Assembly: GCA_023379265.1 (NCBI GenBank)
Contig: JAMCUI010000007.1
Location: 14,780-78,779, forward strand
Source of the DNA: Patescibacteria group bacterium
Lineage (GTDB): Bacteria; Patescibacteriota; Microgenomatia; 2-02-FULL-39-11
DNA: 64,000 bases
Direction of reading: 5' to 3'
Positions within the stretch are counted from its first letter, which is position 1. Every line of letters begins with the position of its first letter. Below, piece by piece: positions 8,797 to 18,439 of this stretch. Below the pieces are notes generated by a model, which saw only the letters and a program-made list of their open reading frames with translations, ran no database searches and had not been told where the DNA came from. Both the position numbers and the translations under genes were made by a program.

Positions 8797-11283
8797 TTAA
8801 TTTATTGCTGTTTCTGAAGTAGCAGTGTCGCTAAAACTGTAAATTACTCCAGATAGGAGTATATTTGTTCTAAATCTCTTGTCATTCACTTTTATATTTT
8901 TTGTGTTTGCATTTTTGCCTTGAAATTTTCCTGAAAATAACAGTTTTTCTATTGATTTTACCTGCTGATCTTTGCCTTTTTTATACCATCTCCGGCTATT
9001 TTGACATTGTATTATATGCTGCTTAAGTTTGATAAATAAAACAAGACAATAAATTATAAAAAGAATCTCCCAATATGCTTCCTTATACTTATCCATTTCA
9101 AGATTTGACACCCGGTCTTGCAGTAATAATAACGGTAATAACCCATCTTTTAAGTTTAGGTATTGCTCCTCAAATAAGCTGTCATAACTTTTAAGAAATT
9201 CTATTTTCTCCTGTAACTGGTCTAGATTTTCTTGTGTAAATCTGTCGGAATAATCAGATATAAGCCGTTTCAGCTGAATATAGATAATTGTTGAAACAAG
9301 AAATTTAATCTGTTCGGGCATTTTATCCACTCTAAACACCTCCGTAAGTACTGACAATGAGGTAACAATATCTGAAATATTTTTGAGAATGGAAGGGATC
9401 TCTGGCTTTAAGAATGTCTGATCTCTAGAATCTTTGAGTAAATCTATTATTTCCTCAGTTAGAAATATCAAATCCATATATATTTCTCTTCTACCATTAC
9501 GAGTCAAACTATCCCGTTTTCCTGGATACGTAGCATTATTTTCCCCACATGTAAGAAAAGATTCCAATCTAAAATCATCAAAATATCTGAAAATATGTAC
9601 AAATCTTTCTGTAAAATCTGCATCCCACATCGGTTGAAAAATAAAACCATCCTTTTGAAAAGATGTGCTTTGTGAAATATCAAATCTATATTTATGCGCA
9701 ATAAGGCTATGTAATTTCATAAAGTCTTGCTGCACTTCTTTAGTATTTTGTGATAAACTAAATTCTCCAAATTGTCTACCTAACTTATTGCTATGTTCAG
9801 CGCTAAATTCTTTCTCTTCACTTAACTCTAAAGGTTTATTAGGACTCATCTCGATAATTTGTTTTTCGCTTCGTTTATAGCTCCCGGTCGTGCTTGAAAG
9901 TAGGGTTTTGAGATGACTTCTAGACTGATCTGGATTATGAGAAATCAGAAGAAACTGTTCAAAATTCAGTAATTGTTCTTCTAGTAAATCAATCTCAGCC
10001 AAAGTGTCTTTGACATAATTCCACGGCAATATTTCCTTTCGTTCATTGCTCTTTTCTTCACCATCTAAGATTTCTTTTTCTTCTTTCCCCTCCACGCTCT
10101 TTAACCATTCTTTTTTATCTAAAACATCTACTGGAAACACTTTGGGCAAAACAGTAGCTCCTACTGTATCATCAATCAAACTCCTCATAAAAGCATAAGC
10201 AGCCAACACACGCATCCGGTCTAGAGTATCAATCTCTCTAACCTCCTTGGCAAATTCGGTTTGAGATTTATCAAAATCACTTTTATTATCAGCATAAAAA
10301 TCTATCTCTTTGAAGTTTTCTTCTTTTTTCCTTTCTCTACCGTTTATCCTTTGAGTGGACATTCCATCAGACTCTAGTCTTTTGATACCATTTGTTCCGT
10401 TACCTCTACCTTCTCTAACAAAATCTTCTTCCACCTGTAAAACCAAAGCTTGAGCCATCATCGCAAAAGCTGTCTTTATATTCTTGTCTTTCTCTGCCAT
10501 CTTTTCCATTTCCCCTGCATAAAATTGCTCCTTTGCCTTATTTTCTGACTCTCTTTGGAAATCAGAGATTAATGTTTCCTGCTTAAACTTATCTAAAACG
10601 CTTTTCTCGCTTTCCCTCTTTTCTGCTGAAAACGATTGGGAAAATGATTCAAATATTTCCGTATGGTCAATATTTTTCCCCCGGGATTCAACTAAAACCG
10701 TTTCTTCTTCAATCGTATCGTGACGATCATGTTTTTCTCCAGTTACTCTATCCAAAAAATTCCATAGCGTGTCGCTATCCCCACCTACAGTATATGAAGT
10801 CAATTTGACGGTATCACCTTTTTTCTCTGCCTTATAAATCCTGTTATTTCTTCCGTGAGTATCCTTCGTCTCTTTCCTACTACTCACCCACACTGCAGTT
10901 ATATCAGACTCATCAGAAGCTATCTTATGATATTTATCAATAAGCTGACGATAGGTCTGCCCCCCATTCTCCTTATCATCAATCCATACCTCTGCCGCTT
11001 CTCCTTCCTGTGAGAGCAAAGTGTCCACGAATTCCTCCTGTCCGGAAATTTTATTTCTCACTTTTACATTTTTGCCTATCCTCAATGTAACTTGATTTAT
11101 GACGCTTCCATCGGTACTAAATTCATCCTGATATGTCCTCATATCCCGCGCCATGGCTGATACTGCTTTTTTACCCTCACCCAACCGCTCCATCACGCTA
11201 AAGGCTCTGGCGCTTGATAAATCATGATCTCCAGCTGAACCATTTGTTCCGATTCCCATCGGTGCAATCGCTTCAACCATCAT
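8797..11283 (-). CDS. Large hypothetical protein (828 aa)
   Basis: Long uninterrupted ORF with no recognisable motif; lies downstream of the cobalamin riboswitch and terminator. Confidence 0.75.
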   Translation of the reverse strand: MMVEAIAPMGIGTNGSAGDHDLSSARAFSVMERLGEGKKAVSAMARDMRTYQDEFSTDGSVINQVTLRIGKNVKVRNKISGQEEFVDTLLSQEGEAAEVWIDDKENGGQTYRQLIDKYHKIASDESDITAVWVSSRKETKDTHGRNNRIYKAEKKGDTVKLTSYTVGGDSDTLWNFLDRVTGEKHDRHDTIEEETVLVESRGKNIDHTEIFESFSQSFSAEKRESEKSVLDKFKQETLISDFQRESENKAKEQFYAGEMEKMAEKDKNIKTAFAMMAQALVLQVEEDFVREGRGNGTNGIKRLESDGMSTQRINGRERKKEENFKEIDFYADNKSDFDKSQTEFAKEVREIDTLDRMRVLAAYAFMRSLIDDTVGATVLPKVFPVDVLDKKEWLKSVEGKEEKEILDGEEKSNERKEILPWNYVKDTLAEIDLLEEQLLNFEQFLLISHNPDQSRSHLKTLLSSTTGSYKRSEKQIIEMSPNKPLELSEEKEFSAEHSNKLGRQFGEFSLSQNTKEVQQDFMKLHSLIAHKYRFDISQSTSFQKDGFIFQPMWDADFTERFVHIFRYFDDFRLESFLTCGENNATYPGKRDSLTRNGRREIYMDLIFLTEEIIDLLKDSRDQTFLKPEIPSILKNISDIVTSLSVLTEVFRVDKMPEQIKFLVSTIIYIQLKRLISDYSDRFTQENLDQLQEKIEFLKSYDSLFEEQYLNLKDGLLPLLLLQDRVSNLEMDKYKEAYWEILFIIYCLVLFIKLKQHIIQCQNSRRWYKKGKDQQVKSIEKLLFSGKFQGKNANTKNIKVNDKRFRTNILLSGVIYSFSDTATSETAIN

Positions 11284-11320
11284 AAGAACTTAGAGAAACT
11301 ACATTTTCATTTAAGCCAAT

Positions 11321-11345
11321 AAAAAACCCTCTATCTCAAGAGGGT
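11321..11345 (-). terminator. Intrinsic terminator (attenuator) downstream of the cobalamin riboswitch
   Basis: ACCCTCT-TGAGAT-AGAGGGT followed by TTTTT on the minus strand. Confidence 0.8.
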
Positions 11346-11444
11346 CAAAATGATCAACGAATTCTCAAGTTACCCAATTTCAAACAAGCAAATTATGTGT
11401 ACTTATTGATTGATTGGATAATTGTATTGTTTGTTGATTTATTA

Positions 11445-11560
11445 CTTTCCTGCTCGGGATAAACTTGAAGGGGAGTTCCCGGCTTATATCGCAGAAGGCG
11501 AAATTCACGGTTGCGGCACAGTCCCTGATTTTCACAGGGTTCCTCTTTTCCTTCAATAGA
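11445..11560 (-). ncRNA. Cobalamin riboswitch (compact, class-II-like)
   Basis: AGAGGAA-CCCTG-TGAAAAT-CAGGG-ACTGTGCCGCAAC-CGTG...AAGCCGG (B12-box like), closing helix TTGAAGG/CCTTCAA, and a P13-like hairpin TCC-CGAGCA-GGA that can kiss L5 TGCCG; flanked by B12 genes. Confidence 0.85.
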
Positions 11561-11569
11561 GTTGTTAAT

Positions 11570-12154
11570 TTACTTCGTACTCAACCAGACATTTTCTTTT
11601 ACTTTTGCCATCTTATTAAGATATCTGGCTGTCTCAAAAAAAAGATCCGACAATCTATTTAAGTACACCAAGACTAATCTGTCAACATTGCTTTCTGTAT
11701 TATAAAGTCGCACTACTTCCCTCTCAGCTCTACGGCAGACAGATCGAGCAAGATGGGAAAACGATGCGGCTTTTGTGCCTCCCGGCAATATAAAATTTTT
11801 CAAAGGCTCAAGCTTTTCATCTATACTATCAATTAGCACTTCCATCTCACTATCACGCCCCTTTATGTTAACCAAATCGGATTTTCCAAGCGCCAGATGC
11901 GAACCAATTGAGAGTAAATCAGACTGTATTTTATGGAAAAAATCGGAAAGTTTCTTCTCTTTTTCCAAATGGGAAATAAGAACTCCAACTACAGAATTGA
12001 GCTCGTCAACTGTACCAAAAGCAACAACCCGCAAATTATGCTTCTCGACCCTTGTACCACCGTATAAAGAGGTTTTCCCATCATCACCAGTACGTGTGTA
12101 TATCTTTACTCTATTACCGGTTTTAATACTTCGTTTGGAATTTTTGCTTTTCAC
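11570..12154 (-). CDS. pduO: ATP:cob(I)alamin adenosyltransferase, PduO type
   Basis: KIYTRTGDDG, GTVDELNS, FILPGG, ARSVCRRAER, YLNRLSDLFF. Confidence 0.93.
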   Translation of the reverse strand: MKSKNSKRSIKTGNRVKIYTRTGDDGKTSLYGGTRVEKHNLRVVAFGTVDELNSVVGVLISHLEKEKKLSDFFHKIQSDLLSIGSHLALGKSDLVNIKGRDSEMEVLIDSIDEKLEPLKNFILPGGTKAASFSHLARSVCRRAEREVVRLYNTESNVDRLVLVYLNRLSDLFFETARYLNKMAKVKENVWLSTK

Positions 12155-12184
12155 GGAACCGCCTGTTCTTGTGTATAAAGTGAC

Positions 12185-14515
12185 TTAACATTCACTATAC
12201 CCGCAGCTGTAACACTTTTTACAACCTTCCTCAAAAGCCAACGATGCTTCTCCACATGAAGGACATAAATCATAGTCTGACTTTTCGGCGAGTAACGGCT
12301 GCTGCGTCAGGACTGATATTGTCGTCATACCATTTTGTATCTGATTATGCGCTACGCCATTTCCGTTTTTTATCTTGTAACCAAAATGCATTGCTAGCAC
12401 TTTGGCAACAGCATCCGGTAGTGACCTTACTTTTTTATCACCAAACCCTAAAGATTTTGATCCGCCAATACCGATAAGCTGATTGAATATCTGTTTGGCT
12501 CTTTCACTAGATGGAACGTTGGACTGCATCCTCAGCGCCAATGAAGCCAACCTACCCATAGCTTCTGCCATGGCAGTGACGTCAGATCCGGCCTTTCCGA
12601 CATTAATAAAGATTTCCAACGGTTCATTACTTTCACCGGTATTTATGGTGACAAAGGCCGCTCCAACTGGTGTATCGATCTGATATGTAGCTCCGTTTAC
12701 CATCATCGGTCTTGATTTTATCTGAGCTTTTGCCTCTCCATTGTGTTTTTCTTCCTTCTTCTCTTCAGTTTTTTCCGTAACTCTCTCCAACACTCCCGGC
12801 CTGCTACCATCTCTCATATACGTCATCCCTTTACAACCCAGATCATAAGCCAGACGATAAAGTTTTTGGACGTCTGCTACGGTATGCGTTTTGGGAGCGT
12901 TTACAGTCTTAGAGATAGAAGCATCCACATATTTCTGGATGGCAGCCTGCACCTTTACATGATCCTCAGGAGACAAATCATTGGCTGAGACAAAATATGA
13001 GGGAACAGGATCATTGGGATTCTTCTTTTTCCATTCTTCAAACAGCGGATGATAAAGCCTATGCTCTCCCAACCTGTCACGTCTGATGAACGAAAACTCA
13101 TAAACAGGCTCTATTCCTGAGGATACTCCAGCCAGAAGCGATGTGGAACCTGTTGGTGCTTGCTGTAGAAGAACTGAATTCCTTATGCCCCATTTTTTTA
13201 TTCCGTCCCTAATTTTCTTGGGCAATTGCTTGATAAAATAGCCTTTAAGATGTTTCTTTGTATCAAGTTTGGGAAATGATCCTTTTTCTTTGGCTATTTC
13301 AATTGAAGACTCGTAAGCAGCATCCCTTATTATCCTGTAAATTTTATCTATTATTTTGAGTGACTCGTCAGATCCATATCTAATCTTCATTTTTATCAGG
13401 GCATCTCCCAACCCCATCGTGCCCAAGCCGATACGTCTTTCACCGTTTTGCTGCACTTCCCTTATCTGGGGAAATACGTAAGCATCAGCATCAATTATGT
13501 CATCCTGAAACCTGACGCCAACTTTGGCGATTTCTGCCATTTGCTTGAGATCTATCCTTCCTTCCTCATCAACCAGTGAAGCCAGATTTATTGAGCAAAG
13601 ATTGCAGACTCCCCAGGCGGGTAGACCTTCTTCACCACAAGGATTTACGCAGTTTATCTTATTGAAATACCAATTATTAAACCATTTATTATATCTCTCC
13701 ATAAATACCACACCCGGCTCTGCTGAAGCCCAAGCAGCCTCGGCTATCATATCCCAGATTTTTCTAGCCTTTACTGTCTTCACCACTCTCACTTTTTTCC
13801 CAAGTTTTAACCAATTATCTAGATAACCATCCCATTTGGTATCATATTCCTTATCATTTATATCGGGGAACACCAGATCCCAATCACCATCTTTTTTTAC
13901 CGCATCCATAAATTTATCAGAAACACAAACCGAAAGATTGGCGCCGTTTATTCTGGATAAATCTCTTTTGACGGTAATGAATTCCTCGATATCTGGATGC
14001 CAATCCCACAACATAAGCATGAGGGCTCCACGCCTTGTTCCTCCCTGCTGGATGATATCTTTTGTTGCTACCGAAAAAAGTTCAGCCCAATTGCATGGAC
14101 CCGAAGAAAATCCATTTACCTTCTTCACACGGGAACCACGCGGCCGCAGAGATGAAAGGTTTATACCCACCCCTCCTCCTCTAGCCATAATCTCAACCAT
14201 TTGCTTTAGTGTTTCCAGTATTCCATCACGTGAATCTTTTGGGGAAGGAATAACAAAACAGTTGTAATAAGTTACTTTATATCCTGTTCCTGCTCCTGAT
14301 AGTATCCTTCCTCCAGGAACAAGTTTGAAATTTTCCATAGCATCGTAAAACTTCTTCTCCCAAGATTTTCTTTCTTCAGGCTTTTCCATCTCTGCCACAC
14401 CTCTGGCCACTCTTTTCCATAATTCTTCCGGTGTTTTTTCCTGGGGATTACCTTTATCGTCTTTTAAGGAGTAACGATCTAAAAAGACCTGTTCGCGGAT
14501 GCCTGTTAATTTCAT
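12185..14515 (-). CDS. nrdJ: Class II (adenosylcobalamin-dependent) ribonucleotide reductase with TSCPD and C-terminal Zn ribbon
   Basis: PGGRIL, NCFV, GGGVG, NPCGEE, APTGSTS, SISKTVN, RDGSR; C-terminal CPSC...CKKCYSCGYSEC. Confidence 0.93.
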   Translation of the reverse strand: MKLTGIREQVFLDRYSLKDDKGNPQEKTPEELWKRVARGVAEMEKPEERKSWEKKFYDAMENFKLVPGGRILSGAGTGYKVTYYNCFVIPSPKDSRDGILETLKQMVEIMARGGGVGINLSSLRPRGSRVKKVNGFSSGPCNWAELFSVATKDIIQQGGTRRGALMLMLWDWHPDIEEFITVKRDLSRINGANLSVCVSDKFMDAVKKDGDWDLVFPDINDKEYDTKWDGYLDNWLKLGKKVRVVKTVKARKIWDMIAEAAWASAEPGVVFMERYNKWFNNWYFNKINCVNPCGEEGLPAWGVCNLCSINLASLVDEEGRIDLKQMAEIAKVGVRFQDDIIDADAYVFPQIREVQQNGERRIGLGTMGLGDALIKMKIRYGSDESLKIIDKIYRIIRDAAYESSIEIAKEKGSFPKLDTKKHLKGYFIKQLPKKIRDGIKKWGIRNSVLLQQAPTGSTSLLAGVSSGIEPVYEFSFIRRDRLGEHRLYHPLFEEWKKKNPNDPVPSYFVSANDLSPEDHVKVQAAIQKYVDASISKTVNAPKTHTVADVQKLYRLAYDLGCKGMTYMRDGSRPGVLERVTEKTEEKKEEKHNGEAKAQIKSRPMMVNGATYQIDTPVGAAFVTINTGESNEPLEIFINVGKAGSDVTAMAEAMGRLASLALRMQSNVPSSERAKQIFNQLIGIGGSKSLGFGDKKVRSLPDAVAKVLAMHFGYKIKNGNGVAHNQIQNGMTTISVLTQQPLLAEKSDYDLCPSCGEASLAFEEGCKKCYSCGYSEC

Positions 14516-14566
14516 ACTTTTAATATAAGCTAAATCTTAATAATGACTGACAAAACATGAGACTAT

Positions 14567-15013
14567 TTACAACAATTTATTCAACTCTCTCTCAAAATCT
14601 TCCAAATCTACAAATCTTCTGAAAACTGACGCAAACCTTATATATGCAATCTTGTCTACTTTCTTCAGTTTGTTTGCAACCAGCTGACCTATTTTTTTAC
14701 TGTCAACCTCTGTCGTATCCAAACCTCTCAGTTCTCTTTCTATCTCATCTGTAATCCGCTCTATATCTTCTATTCCAACAAGCGTCTTTTCGCAAGATTT
14801 TATAATCCCGTGTTTCAATTTATCTCTGTCAAACTGCTCTTTTCTCCCATCTTTTTTTATGACAATTATAGGAACACTTTCCACTCTTTCGTATGTGGTA
14901 AATCTTTTCGTACATTTACTACATTCCCTTCTCCTTCTGGTTGTACCCAGATCTTCACTATCTCTTGTTTCAACAACCTCTGTATCGCTATTACTACAAA
15001 ACGGGCATTTCAT
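14567..15013 (-). CDS. nrdR: Transcriptional repressor NrdR
   Basis: MKCPFC...RRRRECSKCTKRFTTYE, ATP cone, AYIRFASVF. Confidence 0.97.
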   Translation of the reverse strand: MKCPFCSNSDTEVVETRDSEDLGTTRRRRECSKCTKRFTTYERVESVPIIVIKKDGRKEQFDRDKLKHGIIKSCEKTLVGIEDIERITDEIERELRGLDTTEVDSKKIGQLVANKLKKVDKIAYIRFASVFRRFVDLEDFERELNKLL

Positions 15014-15052
15014 TTTTTATTTATTAATTTTCTTATCAAAAAAAACTGTCTT

Positions 15053-15068
15053 AAACTATATATTGAGC
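15053..15068. promoter_or_regulatory. NrdR box
   Basis: AAACTATATATTGAGC matches the core of consensus acaCwAtATaTwGtgt. Confidence 0.6.
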
Positions 15069-15176
15069 TTCTAATGGCTAGTTTATAGTATAAAATCCAG
15101 TATTTTCAGTAATATTTTGGCAATATTTAGTCGTTTTTGGCGCATAAAAAACACGCGTTTGCGTGAAAAACTTTCA

Positions 15177-15229
15177 ACCCTATCTATAGTGTTCAAAACT
15201 ATACTATGACCCTAAATAGACACTGTCAA
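15177..15229 (-). promoter_or_regulatory. nrdR-nrdJ promoter with adjacent NrdR box(es)
   Basis: Minus strand TTGACA(15229-15224)-17-TAGTAT(15206-15201). NrdR box ACCCTATCTATAGTGT at 15177-15192 and a weaker half-match 32 bp away at 15209. Confidence 0.7.
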
Positions 15230-15380
15230 GAAGACAAATTATATCAAACGACATCAGTTTAAAAATCAGCCTCAGGAAAATTTTTTTTCTTATAATGGCC
15301 GTATTTTCTTTAGTCTTTCTTTTCGTTTGTGAAAACACTTTTTCAGTTGGAAAATTATTGTATCCAAAAAACAGCTAATA

Positions 15381-15965
15381 TCACCTTGAGGCAGCAATCT
15401 GTTGTATCGCCTGATGAGTAACACCTAAGGCATCTAACAACCTTTTACTGTAATTTTTATCGTTACTGTTAGCGTTAATTCCGTTTATTATTTCCTCATG
15501 TTTTTTTGCTGCCAAATCCAGCTTATCAGCCAATCCCGGGGGTAAATCTCCTGTCTTTTTTATATCGTTTAACTCTACAGCAGCAGTCAGGAGATATTTT
15601 TCTCCTTTGGTAATAGTATCGATACTCAAGTTGTACTCATTCTTATCCCATAATTGTTGACCCATAACCAGCCGTTTATCAGAAAAAAGAAGATTAAGTT
15701 GTACCTTTCTAACCGAATCTTTGGTGAAAAAAAGCAGTATATGATCTCTTAATACTTTAAGAAAGTATAAAGGACTATCAGGTAAGATTCCTGGATAAGG
15801 CAATGTATATTCTACAGAGGGTGTAGGGGTAAGCGTGATACTGGGAATGGACGCCTCTGTCGTCTTTGATAGAACAGCGTAAACAGAAACCTGGGGAAAA
15901 ATAAAGATAAAAAGCAGGCAGAATATGGCTATAAATAATCTGCGAATCATTCTTGGTAGTACCAA
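15381..15965 (-). CDS. DUF5667-like secreted protein
   Basis: Signal peptide; 'YTLPYPGILPDSPLYFLK..RD' motif. Confidence 0.75.
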   Translation of the reverse strand: MVLPRMIRRLFIAIFCLLFIFIFPQVSVYAVLSKTTEASIPSITLTPTPSVEYTLPYPGILPDSPLYFLKVLRDHILLFFTKDSVRKVQLNLLFSDKRLVMGQQLWDKNEYNLSIDTITKGEKYLLTAAVELNDIKKTGDLPPGLADKLDLAAKKHEEIINGINANSNDKNYSKRLLDALGVTHQAIQQIAASR

Positions 15966-16045
15966 TTATATACCTTACAGGTAATAATGCAATTACAGTT
16001 TCGCCTTATGTAGCCGTCTAATAAACAAATATATTATGGTATTTA

Positions 16046-16646
16046 TCAACTTTTAAGCATTTTGTACGTATTTAAGGTTTTATAGATTGGCCCTGAAGAA
16101 GTCAATGTACTGTCAATAAGTGAAATTCCTCTTACTGAAAATTTTTCCGTAAGTTGGAATTTATGATTTAGAATAGTATATTTTAATTCTTCTTGCCTAT
16201 TACCTCCAATATGTCTTCCGCGTCCTAATGTAATATGTGAATTATATTTTCTTTTCTCTTTTTCAAAACCTAAAACCGCTAGATTATCATCAAGATTCTG
16301 CACCAACCTCAATAAATTATGGTTTGTGTTTGCACCCAACCAGACGATAAACTGTTCTTTGGAAAAATATCCAATCTTATTGAAAATAATATCAAACTGA
16401 TATACGTTTTCAACACATTTTTCAATTGCGGCGTTTATCCTTTTTAATAATTCTCTTGTGTCCTTTGATTTTATTTTGGCAACTCTCAAATCAGAATTTA
16501 TGTTGCCTAAAAATTTCAGTGTCAAATGTATATTTTCCCTTTTAGTCCAGGCAACCTCAGGGAATTTTTCTCTCAGTTCGGTAAAAAAGAGAAATTACGT
16601 TGTTTCTAAACACTTGGGGAAATTGAAAGGCGATAAATAACCTCAT
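16046..16646 (-). pseudogene. thpR: RNA 2',3'-cyclic phosphodiesterase (ThpR/LigT), split by a +1 frameshift in a T6 run
   Basis: ATG at 16646 gives MRLFIAF...; removing one T from 16583-16588 fuses it to ...VAWTKRENIHLTLKFLG...SHITLGR...STLTSSGPIY (two HxT motifs). Confidence 0.85.
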
Positions 16647-16855
16647 ATATACATACGTATAAACAACTCGAGCCAGTCATTATTTAGAGATGCAACGTAT
16701 GGTAAATTTCAGAAGATCGCAGATGGAATGATTATTCCAGTTTTTTATATGTATATGAAATAGGTAATAATATACGTTCTACTCTCTAAACAACATACTA
16801 ACAAAATATTCTATCCTAGCAAGCTAGTAAATTTCCCTACAATAGAACTAGAGTA

Positions 16856-18424
16856 TTATTCCCACTCCATTGTTGCAGGAGGTTTGGTAGTGATATCGTA
16901 GACTACTCTTACTACTTCAAAAACTTCAGTGACAATCCTTTCTGAAATTCTTGCCAGAACTTCATACGGTAAACGTACCCAATCAGCAGTCATTGTATCT
17001 TTTGACTCTATTGCTCTAATGGCGATTGTTTCTCCGTATTTTCTTTCATCACCTGCAACACCCGTAGATTTTACTCCAGTCAGAATGGCAAAAGACATCC
17101 ATATATCTTCATAAAGTCCAGCTTTTTTTATCTCCTCCACTACAATCTTGTCCGCTTTTCTCAAAATTTCCAATTTTTCTTTTGTCACCTCACCAATAAC
17201 CCTAACTCCCAGACCGGGACCTGGAAAGACATGTCTGGAAATCATTTCTTTAGGAAATCTTAGTGTTTTTGCTATATCGCGAACTTCATCCTTATACAAT
17301 GTTCTTAGAGGTTCAACTATACGGAAACCGTGTTTTGCAGGAATCCCTCCTACATTGTGATGGGTTTTAATTTTCTGGGCATGCTTTGTACCCTTACTTT
17401 CGATCACGTCAGGATATATGGTCCCCTGAACTAATATTTTTGCGCCCGACTTTTTTGATTCTCTCTCAAACACTCTTATAAATGTCTCCCCTATTACCTT
17501 TCTTTTCTGCTCAGGATCAACAACTCCTCTTAATCTTTTCAAAAAATCTCCTTCAGCGTTTATAACTTTAACAGGCAACTTTAATTTATACTTAAAAGTA
17601 TTTTTTATCTCCTCCGTCTCCCCAAAACGCATAAGTCCGGTATCTACATAAAAACATGTCAGGTTTTTACCAATTGCCTGGTATGTAAGATACGCCGCCA
17701 CACTAGAATCAATACCTCCGGAAAGAGCACAAACTACTTTATTATTTCCGATTTGTTTCTTTAGTTCTGTGATTTTCTCCCCAATAAATTTTTGAAGTTT
17801 TTTCTCCTCAGGCCGTAATCCTGTTAAAGTCGACTTATCTCCTGAAGGATTTTCTTTACATATACGGATAACAAAATTTTCCAAAATGTCGGGACCGTAC
17901 TCTGTATGATGAACCTCGGGATGGAATTGAATTCCATAAAATTTTCTTTTTTCATCTGCAAATGCAGCCACTTCCACTGAAGGGGTAGAACCGGTAATAA
18001 AAGCTCCCTCCGGGGGTTTTAACACTTGATCAAAATGGCTCATCCAAACTGTAAAGTTTTTTTTCTTTTTTTCCCATCCAGCAAAAAGTGAATTATTTTT
18101 TGTGAGAGTAAAACTAGTTGGACCGTATTCTTTTTTCTTTCCCGGCATTACCTTTCCCTTAAGCTGCTGACCCATAATCTGCAAACCATAACAAATTCCC
18201 AATACGGGAATTTTAGCCTGGAAAATTTTTGGGTCCGGTAGAAGAGCATTCTTCCCATAAACTGATGAAGGTCCGCCTGAGAGGATTATCCCATTTGGTT
18301 TACATTCTTTTATTTTGGAAACAGCTCTCTTTGGTAGAACTATTTGCATTGCAACCCCCATCTCGCGGATACGTCTGCCTATAAGGTGACATGTCTGGGA
18401 CCCAAAATCGATTATGAGAATCAT
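16856..18424 (-). CDS. guaA: GMP synthase (glutamine-hydrolysing)
   Basis: DFGSQ, GICYGLQ, QFHPEV, LSGGIDS, KTHHNVGG, KPPATMEWE. Confidence 0.97.
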   Translation of the reverse strand: MILIIDFGSQTCHLIGRRIREMGVAMQIVLPKRAVSKIKECKPNGIILSGGPSSVYGKNALLPDPKIFQAKIPVLGICYGLQIMGQQLKGKVMPGKKKEYGPTSFTLTKNNSLFAGWEKKKKNFTVWMSHFDQVLKPPEGAFITGSTPSVEVAAFADEKRKFYGIQFHPEVHHTEYGPDILENFVIRICKENPSGDKSTLTGLRPEEKKLQKFIGEKITELKKQIGNNKVVCALSGGIDSSVAAYLTYQAIGKNLTCFYVDTGLMRFGETEEIKNTFKYKLKLPVKVINAEGDFLKRLRGVVDPEQKRKVIGETFIRVFERESKKSGAKILVQGTIYPDVIESKGTKHAQKIKTHHNVGGIPAKHGFRIVEPLRTLYKDEVRDIAKTLRFPKEMISRHVFPGPGLGVRVIGEVTKEKLEILRKADKIVVEEIKKAGLYEDIWMSFAILTGVKSTGVAGDERKYGETIAIRAIESKDTMTADWVRLPYEVLARISERIVTEVFEVVRVVYDITTKPPATMEWE

Positions 18425-18439
18425 AATTTTTGCTCTTTG

